Source: Mobula hypostoma (Eukaryota). From it: a stretch of 64,000 nt of DNA. This document shows, piece after piece, positions 11,900-24,500 of this stretch. The stretch lies in contig NC_086097.1 in the NCBI RefSeq assembly GCF_963921235.1, positions 181,662,001 through 181,726,000 on the forward strand, written 5' to 3'. Every line of letters begins with the position of its first letter. Position 1 is the stretch's first letter. Under the pieces are notes generated by a model that had not been told where the DNA came from, made no database searches, and worked only from the letters and a program-made list of their open reading frames with translations. The translations under genes were made by a program, and so were the position numbers.

Positions 11900-14800
11900 A
11901 ATATAAGGAGCAGGAGCTGGATAACCTGCGGATCATTCGGGAGAATGAGGAGATTATAGATCGTAGCTACAGGGAAGTAGTTACGCCAAAGGAGCAGAGG
12001 ACAGGAAATTGGGTCACTGTCAGACGAGTGAAGAGGAAAGGGCAGGCAGAGCAGGGTTCCCCTGTGGCCATTCCCCTCAACAACAAGTATACCGCATTGG
12101 ATACTGTTGGGGGGGGGATGACTTACCTGGGACTAGCTGCAGTAGCCGGATCTCTGGCACTGAGTCTGGCTCTGCAGTGCAGAAGGGAGGGGGGAAAAAG
12201 AGGAGAGCGGTAGTGATAGGGGACTCGATAATCAGAGGTGCAGATATAAGGTTCTGTGGTCGTGACAGAGAATCCAGGATGGTTTGTTGCCTCCCAGGTG
12301 CCAGGGTCAAGGATGTCTCTGATCGATTGCATGACATTCTGAAGTGGGAGGGTGACCAGCCAGATGTCGTGGTGCACATCGGTACCAATGACATAGCAAG
12401 GAAGAGTGAAGAGGTCCTGGACAGTGAGTATAGAGAGCTTGGTAGGAAGTTGAAAAGCAGGACCTTGAGGGTGGTAATCTCAGGATTGCTACCTGTGCTA
12501 GGTGCCAGTGAGGGTAGGAATAGGATGCTCTGGAGGAGCAACAAGTGGCTGAGGAACTGGTGTAGGGGGCAGGGTTTCAGATTTCAGGATCATTGGGACC
12601 TCTTCTGGGGCAGGTGGGACCTGTACAAGAGAGACGGGTTACACTTGAACCACAGGGGGACCAATATCCTTTCAGGGAGGTTTGTTAGTGCTATTGGGGA
12701 GGCTTTAAACTAGATTTGCAGGGGGATGGGGACCAGAGTGCCAGAGCTGACAGTGTGGCTGGGGTGAAAATAAATGATGTTGAAAGTTTAAGCAAATCCG
12801 CTGATAGAAAGGTTGTGAGTGGTGGTAAAAATCTTCTGAGGTGTATATATTTCAATGCTAGGAGTATTGCGGGGAAGGCGGATGAGCTGAGGGCGTGGAT
12901 TGACACGTGGAATTATGATGTTGTAGCAATTAGTGAAACTTGGCTACAGGAGGGGCAGGACTGGCAGCTTAATATTCCAGGGTTCCGATGTTTCAGATGT
13001 GATCGAGGCAGAGGAATGAAAGGTGGGGGAGTAGCATTGCTTGTTAGGGAAAATATTACAGCAGTGCTCAGGCAGGACAGATTAGAGGGCTTGTCTACTG
13101 AGTCCTTATGGGTGGAGCTGAGAAACAGGAAAGGTATAGCCACATTAGTGGGATTGTATTACAGACCACCCAATAGTCAACGAGCATTGGAAGAGCAAAT
13201 CTGCAGAGAGATAGCAGGCAACTGCAGGAAACATAAAGTTGTGGTGGTAGGGGATTTTAATTTTTCATACATTGATTGGGACTCCCAGACTGTTAGGGGT
13301 CTAGATGGTTTAGAGTTTGTAAAATGTGTTCAGGAAAGTTTTCTAAATCAGTATATACAGGGACCAACTAGAGGGGATGCAATATTGGATCTCCTGTTAG
13401 GAAACGAATTAGGGCAAGTGACAGAAGTCTGTGTAGGGGAGCACTTTGGTTCCAGTGATCATAACACCATTAGTTTCAATTTGATCATGGACAAGGATCG
13501 ATCTGGTCCTAGGGTTGAGGTTCTGAACTGGAAGGCGGCCAAATTTGAAGAAATGAGAAAGGATCTAAAAAGCGTGGATTGGGACAGGTTGTTCTCTGGC
13601 AGAGATGTGATTGGTAGGTGGGAAGCCTTCAAAGGGGAAATTTTGAGAGTGCAGAGTTTGTATGTTCCTGTCAGGATTAAAGGCAAATTGAATAGGAATA
13701 AGGAGCCTTGGTTCTCAAGGGATATTGCAACTCTGATAAAGAAGAAAAGGGAGTTGTATGAAATGTATAGGAAACAGGGGGTAAATCAGGTGCTTGAGGA
13801 GTATAAGAAGTGCAAGAAAATACTTAAGAAAGAAATCAGGAGGGCAAAAAGAAGACATGAGGTTGCCTTGGCAGTCAAAATGAAGGATAATCCAAAGAGC
13901 TTTTACAAGTATATTAAGAGCAAAAGGATTGTAAGGGATAAAATTGGTCCTCTTGAAGATCAAGAGTGGTCGGCTTTGTGCGGAACCAAAGGAAATGGGG
14001 GAGATCTTAAATAGGTTTTTTTGCATCTGTATTTACTAAGGAAGCTGGCATGAAATCTATGGAATTGAGGGAATCAAGTAGTGAGACCATGGAAACTGTA
14101 CAAATTGAAAAGGAGGAGGTGCTTGCTGTCTTGAGGAAAATTAAAGTGGATAAATCCCCGGGACCTGACACAGTGTTCCCTCGGACCTTGAAGGAGACTA
14201 GTGTTGAAATTGCGGGGGCCCTGGCAGAAATATTTAAAATGTCGCTGTCTACGGGTGAAGTGCCGGAGGATTGGAGAGTGGCTCATGTTGTTCCGTTGTT
14301 TAAAAAAGGATCGAAAAGTAATCCGGGAAATTATAGGCTGGTGAGTTTAATGTCAGTAGTAGGTAAGTTATTGGAGGGAGTACTAAGAGACAGAATCTAC
14401 AAGCATTTGGATAGACAGGGGCTTATTAGGGAAAGTCAACATGGCTTTGTGCGTGGTAGGTCATGTTTGACCAATCTGTTGGAGTTTTTCGAGGAGGTTA
14501 CCAGGAAAGTGGATGAAGGGAAGGCAGTGGATATTGTCTACATGGACTTCAGTAAGGCCTTTGACAAGGTCCCGCATGGGAGGTTAGTTAGGAAAATTCA
14601 GTTGCTAGGTATACATGGAGAGGTGGTAAATTGGATTAGACATCGGCTCGATGGAAGAAGCCAGAGAGTCGTGGTAGAGAATTGCTTCTCTGAGTGGAGG
14701 CCTGTGACTAGTGGTGTGCCACAGGGATCAGTGCTGGGTCCATTGTTATTTGTCATCTATATCAATGATCTGGATGATAATGTGGTAAATTGGATCAGCA

Positions 14801-15718
14801 GGTTTGCTGATGATACAAAGATTGGAGGTGTAGTAGACAGTGAGGAAGGTTTTCAGAGCCTGCAGAGGGACTTGGACCAGCTGGAAAAATGGGCTAAAAA
14901 ATGTCAGATGGAGTTTAATACTGACAAGTGTGAGGTATTGCACATTGGAAGGACAAACCAACATAGAACATACAGGGTTAATGGTAAGGCACTGAGGAGT
15001 GCAGTGGAACAGAGGGATCTGGGAATACAGATACAAAATTCCCTAAAAGTGGTGTCACAGGTAGATAGGGTCGTAAAGAGAGCTTTTGGTACATTGGCCT
15101 TTATTAATCAAAGTATTGAGTATAAGAGCTGGAATGTTATGATGAGGTTGTATAAGGCATTGGTGAGGCCAAATCTGGAGTATTGTGTTCAGTTTTGGTC
15201 ACCAAATTACAGGAAGGATATAAATATGGTTGAAAGAGTGCAGAGAAGGTTTACAAGGATGTTGCCGGGACTTGAGAAACTCAGTTAGAGAAAGGTTGAA
15301 TAGGTTAGGACTTTATTCCCTGGAGCGTAGAAGAATGAGGGGAGATTTGATAGAGGTATATAAAATTATGATGGGTATAGATAGAGTGAATGCAAGCAGG
15401 CTTTTTCCACTGAGCCAAGGGGAGAAAAAAACCAGAGGACATGGGTTAAGGGTGAGGGGGGAAAAGTTTAAAGGGAACATTAGGGGGGGCTTCTTCACAC
15501 AGAGAGTGGTGGGAGTATGGAATGAGCTGCCAGACGAGGTGGTAAATGCGGGTTCTTTTTTAACATTTAAGAATAAATTGGACAGATACATGGATGGGAG
15601 GTGTATGGAGGGATATGGTCCGTGTGCAGGTCAGTGGGACTAGGCAGAAAATGGTTCGGCACAGCCAAGAAGGGCCAAAGGGCCTGTTTCTGTGCTGTAG
15701 TTTCTATGGTTCTATGTT
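11900..15718 (+). mobile_element. Young near-full-length CR1 LINE: ORF1 SGNH esterase plus ORF2 AP endonuclease/RT
   Basis: ORF1 motifs VVIGDS, HIGTND, DGLHLN (stop at 12711-12713). ORF2 motifs FNARS, SETW, GDFN, SDH, GVPQGSVLGP, FADD. Tail TTCTATGGTTCTATG. Frameshifts near 12115, 13964, 14020 and 15287. Confidence 0.95.
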
Positions 15719-15719
15719 C

Positions 15720-16465
15720 TTCTTTGGCAATGGGATGACTGTAGCCTGCTTAAAGCAGCTGGGTACCTCAGATTGCCAAAGTGAGAAATTAAAGATATCA
15801 GTAAACCAGTTAGTTGATTAGCACAGATCTTCAGTACTTGGTTAGGCAGATTGTCTGGGCCAGATGCTTTCATGGGCTCATCCTCCAAAAGGATGTTACC
15901 ACATCGGCCTCAGAGACTGAAATCACAGGGTCGTCAGTGGAGTTTGTGAAGGTGCCTCCATGTTATGTTGGTCAAAGTGAGTATAAAAGATATTGAGCTC
16001 AAATCTGGGAACTAAATCGTCTTGTCACATTATGTGACTTGGTTGTATTTTGTAGGACGTGTGAGAATTCAAACCCTGCCACAGCTGTCAAGCATCCTTC
16101 TGTGATTCAACTTTGGTCCGGAGTTGTCACTTTGCATGCGAAATGGCTTTCCAGAGGTTGTACCTGGGCCTCTTGTACTTTCTTTGGCTGTTAGACCTGA
16201 ACAACACCAATCTAGCCCTCAGCAGATTGCAGATCTCTGGGTTCATCCAGGGCTTCAGGTTGGAGAAAGCTCTGAATGATTTTGCAGGGACATACTCATC
16301 CACGAGCGACTCTAATGTCTTTATAAAGCCCATAACAACTGTGGCGTATTCAATCAGATACTCTGATGAGCTCTTGAACGTGGCCCAGTCCACTGACTCA
16401 TAGCAATCCTGTAACTGTTCTTCTGCCTCCCGTGACCACCTCTCTGTTGTATTTACCTCTGGTGA
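15720..16465 (-). mobile_element. Rex1/L2-type LINE, 5' continuation
   Basis: LQDCYESVDW...NLKPWMN motif typical of Rex1-type ORF2; collinear with 10650-11897. Confidence 0.7.
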
Positions 16466-17134
16466 CATAGACCATAAGACTCTAAGATCTTGGAGCAGAA
16501 TTAGGCCATTTGGCCTCCCAAGTCTGCTCCACCATTTCATCATGGCTGATTCAACTTTTCTCTCAGACCTAATCTCCTGACTTCTCCCTGGATTCCTTCA
16601 TGCACTGACCAATGAAGAATCTAGCAATCTCTGCCTGAAATATATTAAAAGACTTGGCCTCCACAGCTGCCTGTGACAACGAATTCCATAGATTCACCAC
16701 TCTCTGGCTAAAGAAATTCCTCTTCACCTCCGCTCTAAACGGACGCCCCTCTGTTCTGAGACTGTGTCCCCTGGTCAGGCTCTCCTGCCACAGGAAACAT
16801 CCTCTCCACATCCACTCTATCAAGGCCTTTCACCATTCAATAGGTTTCAATGAGGTCACCCCTCATTCTTCTGAATTCCAGTGAATACAGGCCCAAAGCC
16901 ATCAGACACACTTCATATGACAAGCCATTCAACCCTGGAAATATTTTTGTCAACCTTCTTTGAACCCACTCCAGCTTCAGCACATTATTTCGAAGATAAG
17001 GGGCCCAAACCTGCTCACAATACTCTGTGAGGCCTCACTAGTGCTTTATTAAGTCTCAACATTACATCCTTGCTTTTCTATTCTAGTCCTCTTTAAATGA
17101 ATGCTAATATTGCATTTGACTTCCTCACCTCAAT

Positions 17135-18335
17135 CTCACTCCTCTGATGTTGAAGTCGCTTCGGCAGGAATCCGCGTAAAGACCAGAAGGAAGTGACAGG
17201 CACAGCAGGCTGTCGACAGAGCGGAGGCACGGCTGCGGCACATTTTGGTGGGCACTGTGGCAGTGGGACAGGCAGGACTGGGCTGTTTTCCCAAACCACG
17301 CTATGACAAAACCCGTGGAAAGGAGAAGCGCCAACCGGTTCAGAACAAGATACGAGCAGAAGTGGAGGAAGAACGATACAGCAAGATGGTTGGCATGTAC
17401 AAACAAGGCGCCTGGACTAGATGGGAGCATGCTGCACCTTGCAAGTTCACCTGGACAGAGCTCTGGAGAGCCGAACCATTGCGCATCAAGTTTCTCATCC
17501 AATCAGTCTCTGACGTTCTCCCAAGCCCGGCCAACCTGCACAAGTGGGGCATGGCAAACACTCCAGCATGCCAGCTGTGCCAGAAGAGGGGCACCTTGGA
17601 GCATATCCTAAGTGGATGCCCAAAGTCGTTGGGAGAAGGTCAATACCGCTGGAGCCATGACCAAGTCCTAAGGTCTACGGCGGACACAATCAGCACAGTG
17701 ATTCAAGACAGCAAAAATCAGCATGCTCCCAAACAGTCCATCACCTTTATTAGAGCCAGGGAGAAGGCACAACATCAACCTAGCTCCTCGGGAGGGCTTC
17801 TTGCCACTGCACGAGACTGGCAGCTCTGTTCCCAGAGAACATCGCAGCCACTCCACTCGGACATGGTGTTAATATCAGAGTCTACAAAGCAAGTGGTCCT
17901 GCTGGAACTTACTGTCCCCTGGGAAGACCGGATTGAAGAGGCCAATGAGCGCAAGAGGGCTGGACATACAGATCTTGTTGCAGAATGCTGGAGCAATGGC
18001 TGGAGAGCTCGCTGTGAGCCAGTCGAAGTTGGGTGCTGGGGCTTTGCTGGCCATACCTTACAGCGGACTCTAAAACTCCTTGGAGTTAAAGGACTGCAGT
18101 GCAGAAGAGCCACCAAGAACATTCTGGAGGCTGCTGAAAAGGCCTTGCAGTCGCTGTGAATCTGGAGGAGGGATCCGTGGATTAGTGCACCACTTGGACA
18201 CAAGTCGGGGGCTGATCACCCCCAGCTGGGTCGGCCGGTCAAGGTTGTCTGATGATTAAAGACCCGAAACACCCTATGACCCCAGGTTCATCACTGAAGA
18301 GGTGTCCAAGTAGCACCAGCAGGTGTATTCTGCAA
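17135..18335 (+). mobile_element. 5'-truncated non-LTR retrotransposon with restriction-like endonuclease (HERO/NeSL-like)
   Basis: CCHC knuckle CQLC...EHILSGC, RWSHDQVL (RHD-type) motif, DMVLISESTKQVVLLELTVPWEDRIEEA nuclease motif. Confidence 0.8.
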
Positions 18336-19050
18336 ATTACTTCTTCAAACAATTCCAACAGATTTGTCAGGTAAGATTCTCCTTTCAGGAAATCAGTCTA
18401 TTTTATTATGTGCCTCCAAGTACCCTGATACCCCATATTTAATAATCGACTCCAACATCTTCCCAACCACCGAGGTCAGACTATAGTTTCCTTTCTTCTG
18501 CCTCTCCCTTCTTGAAGAGTGGAGTGACATTTGCAATTTTCCAGTCTTCTGGAACCATTCAGAATCTAGTGATTCTTGAAAGATCAATACTAGTGTCTCC
18601 ACAATCTCTTCAGCCACCTCCTTCAGAACTCTGGTCCAGGTGACTTATCTACCTTCAAACTTTCAGCTGCCGAAGAACCTTCTCTCTACTTATGGTAACT
18701 TCACACATTTCATGCCTTCTGACTCCAGGAACTTCCACCATACTGCTGATGACTTCCACAGTGAAGACTGATGCAAAATACTTATTCAATTTGTCCGCCA
18801 TTTCTTTGTACCCTATCACAACCTCCCCAGCATTGTTTTTCAGTAGTCCAATATCCACTCTCAGCTCTCTTTTACACTTTGTATCTGAATAAACTTTTGG
18901 TATCCTCTTTAATATTATTGACTAGCTTACTTTCATAGTTCATCTTTACTTCCTTAATAACTTTTTTAGTTGTCTTCTGGTGGTTTTTAAAAGCTTCCCA
19001 ATCTTCTAACCTCCCACTAATCTTTGATCTATTATAAACCTTCTCTTTGT

Positions 19051-19086
19051 AGTCCTGACGAAGGGTCTCGGCCCGAAACGTCGACT
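19051..19086 (+). ncRNA. Minimal type I hammerhead ribozyme motif within a Penelope terminal fragment (19051-~19150)
   Basis: AGUC-CUGACGA-A-GGGUCUCGGCCC-GAAAC-GUC-GACU; predicted cleavage after 19082. Confidence 0.75.
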
Positions 19087-19764
19087 GTACCTCTTCCTAG
19101 ACATGCTGCCTGGCCTGCTGCATTCACCAGCAACTTTGATGTCTGTTGCTTTGGTTTTTATGTCATCTTTGACTTCTCTTGTTAGCCATAGTTGAGTCAT
19201 CTTTCCTTTAGAATACTTCTTTCTCTTTGGGATGTGTATAATCCTAAGCCTTCCAAATTGCTTCCAGAAATTCCAGCCATTGCTGCTCTGGCATCATCCC
19301 TGCCAGTGTTCTTTTCCAATCAATTCTGGCCAGTTCCTCTCTCATGCCTCTATAATTCCTTTTACTCCACTGTAAGACTGATACACCTGCCCCAAAGGGT
19401 TTTTTTTTAACCATAAGCTCTCTAATCAATTCCAGTTCATTGCACAACATCCAATCCAGAATAGTTGATACTCTAGTAAGTTCTACCATGAGCTGCTCAA
19501 AAAAGCCATCCCATGGGCACTCTAGAAATTCCCCTTCCTGTAATCCAGCAACAACCTGATTTTCCCAATCTACCTGGATATTGAAGTCTCCCATGATTAT
19601 TGTAACATTGCCCTTTTGGTATGCATTTTCTATCTCCATTGAAATTTGTAGACAACATCCTTACTATTCTTTGAGGGGCTGTATACAACTCCCATCGGGG
19701 TCTTATTAACCTTGCTGTTCCTTAGCTCTATTCAGAATGATTCAACATCTTCCGACCCTACATC

Positions 19765-20110
19765 ACCTCTTTCTAATTAACTTCTGCCTGCATGCAGACA
19801 GAAGGACAGCCAAATGAACAGATTTCCCAAAATACAGTCTATGTGTGGAACAGTAGGCATTACTGATCGTAGTGTAACAGTGGTTGAGAGTGTTGGGACC
19901 CTTGGTGCTGCAGGTGATATGTTGATGATAAATGGGCAGATATTTCTTCAAACAGGCCCAACTGTAGTCTCCTGCAATGACGTGTAAGGCACTGGGGCAG
20001 GTAGTTTCTTGTTTTCTAATTATGGTATTCAATACTTTAAGTGCTTGCTTATGATCTGCCTTTGATGGTATGTAATCTGCAAGCAGGATCACTGAGGAGA
20101 ATAAGATGGT
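19765..20110 (-). mobile_element. Rex1-type LINE endonuclease fragment
   Basis: YIP...VIAGDY...YHQHITCST...TLNHCYT...FGKSVH motifs. Confidence 0.65.
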
Positions 20111-21016
20111 GCTGGCAATACACAACGATGTTTTGCAGGAGTTCACAAAACTTCTAAGAATACTTTAAGAGGGTGAACACACACAGTCCTCTTCCTCTGG
20201 AAAAGGAACCATAAGCAGAGGGCAGAGATTTAAGGTGAGAGGGGAGAAGTTCCAATAGAAACCCAACAGGTAACTTTTTCTCCCAAACAGTGACCAGTAT
20301 CTAGATTAAGCCGTAAGAGGAAGTGGTTGAGGCAGGTACATTAACAACATTTGAAAGGTACATAGATATGGAACAATGTATGCAATTGGGGCTAGCTTAG
20401 ATATGAGTCTTGGCTAGCAGTGACCAGTTGGGCCGAAAGGCCTATTTCCATATTGGTTGACCTTTGCAGAATTACTCACAGGTACTTGAAATGGGAGAAC
20501 TACACAGACTAAGAGATCAGGATGACAGAGTGTGTATTGCTCCAACAGAGGCAATGGATGAAGATTCGATGTTCCTTAATTTAGTTTTACAATAAAGATA
20601 CCTGGACAGCCGCATTAATCCCTAGCAACTTCACTCTTAAAGAACAATAGATGTTTGATGTGCACATATTTAATGCTTTCAGTTGCATAAGGGCTCACAG
20701 TTTTGGACAAATGGAGTGGGGACTAGGCTGGGAAATAACACAAGCTCATTCGATGGGACGAGTCACTGCAGCTTGATTTTGGTTTTCAAGTTATGATAAG
20801 GCTCCCTATGAAAACAATTAGCCTTGAGAGTCCTATTCAACCAACACATGGTTAGATCTATCAACCCAGAGGAGACGAACACTGATTGGAGAACAGTCTC
20901 CTGCCCTTGATGCAAATTCAGTAACAAAAGCTCCCAACTCACTGAAGAGAAGGACACACTACCTCGACAACCCAACTCCCTGTGGGACCACACCCCAGTG
21001 CCCACAGCCTACTTAC

Positions 21017-21233
21017 TCATCACATTATTGACGAATGCAGCTGAGAAGACTCGGTCAAGTATGGCTCCAGGGAAATGGCCAAGCTGGAACATAGACATAA
21101 AAATGTTGACAGTGGCCAGGGGTGAGTTCATAGCCTTGACCTCCAGCACCGATTCTAGCTTTTCAAAGAACTTGGTTGCATTGGCAGGTTTGTAGTTCAT
21201 CCGACTGAATGGAAAAACTAGTTTCTGAATTAC
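21017..21233 (-). CDS. FASTK: FASTK coding exon 4 (FAST_1 region)
   Basis: Acceptor catcctttAG, donor ATGA|GTAAGT; VIQKLVFPFSRMNYKP...SPLATVNIFMSMFQL resembles mammalian FASTK VVQKLVLPFGRLNYLP...PLATVNILMSL; phase 0 to 1. Confidence 0.93.
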
Positions 21234-21596
21234 CTAAAGGATGAAAGAGCACAAAGTTCAGTTGTAACACACGACTCAAAGCAAATTCACAGGTACAACT
21301 GGCCTTCACCCAAAGTAAGTACTCCTAACAGTTCTGGCAACTATAGTAAAGAATCACACACTTTCCAAAACTCCCAGAATAGCCCAGAACTTTGGGAAAA
21401 ACTCACTCACCACTGGGAACCCAAGGAACTAATCTTAACACTGGATTTATTACCAAATATTAATCTTCAAACCCACATTGTTTCCCAAATTTTTCACAAC
21501 CTTTCCCTCAATGTTAGCAAAACAGCTTGTCATTGACTGCAGGAAGGGAGAGGTGCACACCTTCCTGTCCACAACAATTGTACTGAGGTTTACACC

Positions 21597-24500
21597 TTAA
21601 GACATAGGAGCAGAATTAGGCCATCTGGCCCATCGAGTCTGCTCCGCCATTCAATCACGGCTGATCCTTTATTTTCTCCTCCTCAACCCTAGTTCCCGGC
21701 ATTTTCCCAGTAACATTTGATGCCATGTCCAATCAAGAACCTATGAATCTCTGCCTTAAATACACCCAACGACCTGGCCTCCATCACTGCACGTGGCAAT
21801 AATTCCATAAATTCACCACCCTTTGGCTGAAGAAATTTCTCGCATTTGTTTTGAAAGGGCGCCCCTCTATCCTGAGGCTGTGCCCTCTTGTCCCAGACTC
21901 TCCCACCATGGGAACTATCCTTTCCACATTTGAAAGGTTTCAATGAGATCCACCCATCACCCTTCCAAATCCCAGCGAGTATAGACCCAGAGCCATCAAA
22001 CGTTCCTCGTATGTTAACTCTTTCATTCCTGGAATAATCTTTATGAACCTCTTCTAGACCCTCTCCAATGCCAGCACATCTTTTCTAAGATGAGGGGCAC
22101 AAAACTGTTCATAATACTCAAGGTGAGGCCTCACCAGTGTCTTATAAAGCCTCAGCATCACATCTTTGCTCTTGTATTCTAGACCTCTTGAAATGAATGC
22201 TAACATGACATTTGCCTTCCTCACCTCCAACTCGGCCCGCAAGTTAACCTTTAGGGTGTTCTGCACAAAGACTCCCAAATACATTTGCATCTCAGATTTT
22301 TGGATTTTCTCCATTTAGAAAACAGTCCGCACATTTACTTCTAATACCAAAGAGCAGGACCATGCATTTTCCAAGATTGTATTTCATTTGCCACTTTCTT
22401 GCCCATTCTCCTAATCTGTCTAAGTCCTTCTGCATCTTTCTTGTTTCCTCAACACTACCTGCATCTCCACCAATCTTTGTATCATCTGCAAACTTGGCAA
22501 CAAAGCCATCTATTCCATCATCTAAATCATTTATATATAGCATAAAAAGAAGTGGTCCCAATACTGATCCCTGCAGAATGCCACAAATCACTGGCAGCCG
22601 ACCAGACAAGGATCCTTTTATCGCCACTCGCTGCCTCCTACCAATCAGCCATGCTCTAACCATGTTAGTAACTTTCCTGTAATACCATGGGCTCTTAACT
22701 TGGTAAGCAGCCTCATATGTGGCACCTTGTCAAAGGCCTTCTGAAAATCCAAATATCCAAAACCACTGCATCCCTTTATCTATCTTATTTGTAATCTCAA
22801 AGAATTCCAACAGGTTCATCAGGCAGGATTCTCCCTGAAGGAAACCATGCTGACTTTGTACTATCTTGTCCTGTGTCACCAAGTACTCCATCACCTTATC
22901 TTTAACAATTGACTCTTAACATCTTCACAATCACTGAGGTCAGGCTAACTTGTCCACAATTTCCCTTCTGCTGCCTTTCTCCTTTCTTAAAGAGTAGAGT
23001 AACGTTTTCAATTTTCCAGTCTTCACAATCTCTAACGCAAACACGAGAAAATCTGCAGATGCTGGAAATTCAAGCAACACACACAAAATGCTGGTGGAAC
23101 ACAGCAGGCCAGGCAGCATCTATAGGAAGAAGTACAGTCGACGTTTTGGGCTGAGACCCTTCGACTCTGAAAGAAGAGATAGTACTCTGGCTCCGGCTGG
23201 TGGCGTAGTGGCATCAGCGCTGGACTGCGGGGTGGAGGTTCCAAAGTTCACACCCAGCCAGCTCCTCCTGGCACGCTTTCCATCCATGCGGGGTTAAGAG
23301 CTGGTGATCTCTTCGAAAAAAAACTCACACAGCAGAAGGAAATGGCAAACCACTGCTGTAACTTACCTCATACATGAATTCCAACTATGTCAGAATGGCG
23401 TGGGAGGAAGTTGTCCGCTACCCAGAAAAATTCCAGATGCGACCTACATTATCCCTCTCCCACTTTCAAATCTCTTACTATCTCTTCTTTCAGTTAGTCC
23501 TGACGAAGGGTCTCGACCCGAAACGCTGACTGTACTTCTTCCTATAGATGCTGCCTGGCCTACTGCATTCCACCAGCATTTTGTGTGAGTTGCTACAATC
23601 TCTAACACCACTTCTTTCAGACCCTAGGGTACAGCTCCTCTGGTCTGGGTGACTTATCTACCTTTAGGTCTTTCAGCTTTTTGAGCACCTTCTCTCTTGT
23701 AACAATAGCTACATCCACTTCTCTTCCTTCACACATGACAACATCAGGCATACTGCTAGTGTCTTCCACAGTGAAGACTGATGGAAAATTCTCATTTAGT
23801 TCATCAGCCATCTCCTTGTTCCCCAATATTATCTCTCCTGCCTCATTTTCTAGTGGTCCTATACCCACTCTCATTTCTCTCTTATTTTTAACATACTTGA
23901 ACAAGCTTTTACTATTTGATATTATTTGCTAGCTTGCTTTCATATTTCACCTCTTCCCTTCTAATGATTTTTGTAGTTGCTCTCTATAGGTGTTTAAAAA
24001 CTTCCCAATCTCTCTATCTTCCCATCATTTTTGCTTTGTTGTGTGCCCTTTCTTTTGCTTTTACAATAGCTTTGACTTTCCTTGTCAGCCATGGTTGCAC
24101 TATTTTACCACTTGAGTATTTTTTTCATTTTTGGAATACACATGTCCTGCACCTTCCTTATTTTTCCTGGAAACACACACCATTGTTGCTCTGGTGACAT
24201 CCCTGCCAGCAGCTCCTTCCAATTTACTTTGGCCAACTCCTCTCTCATACCACTGTAATTTCCCTTTCTCCACTGAAATACTGCTATGTCAGACTTTACT
24301 TTCTCCCTATCTAATTTCAAGTGGAACTCAATCATATTGTAATTATTGGTTCCTAAGGGTTCTTCTACCTTAAGCTCCCTCATTGCCTCTGGTTCATTAC
24401 ACTCAATCCAGTATAGCTGATCCCCTGGCAGGCTCAACGACAAACTGCTCTAAAACGCCATCTCTTAGGCATTCAACAAACTCTCTCTCTTGAGATCCAT

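Larger units (their letters stand above)
16466..19760 (-). mobile_element. Degraded CR1 LINE interrupted by an RLE element and a Penelope terminus
   Basis: CR1 3' end (NFFSQRVVNLWNSL), LTSVVGKMLESII, IIMGDFN remnants. Confidence 0.8.

Noticed and set aside
12009..12713. SGNH/GDSL esterase as a host or horizontally acquired gene
   Set aside because: It is the known ORF1 domain of CR1-clade LINEs and is contiguous with ORF2.
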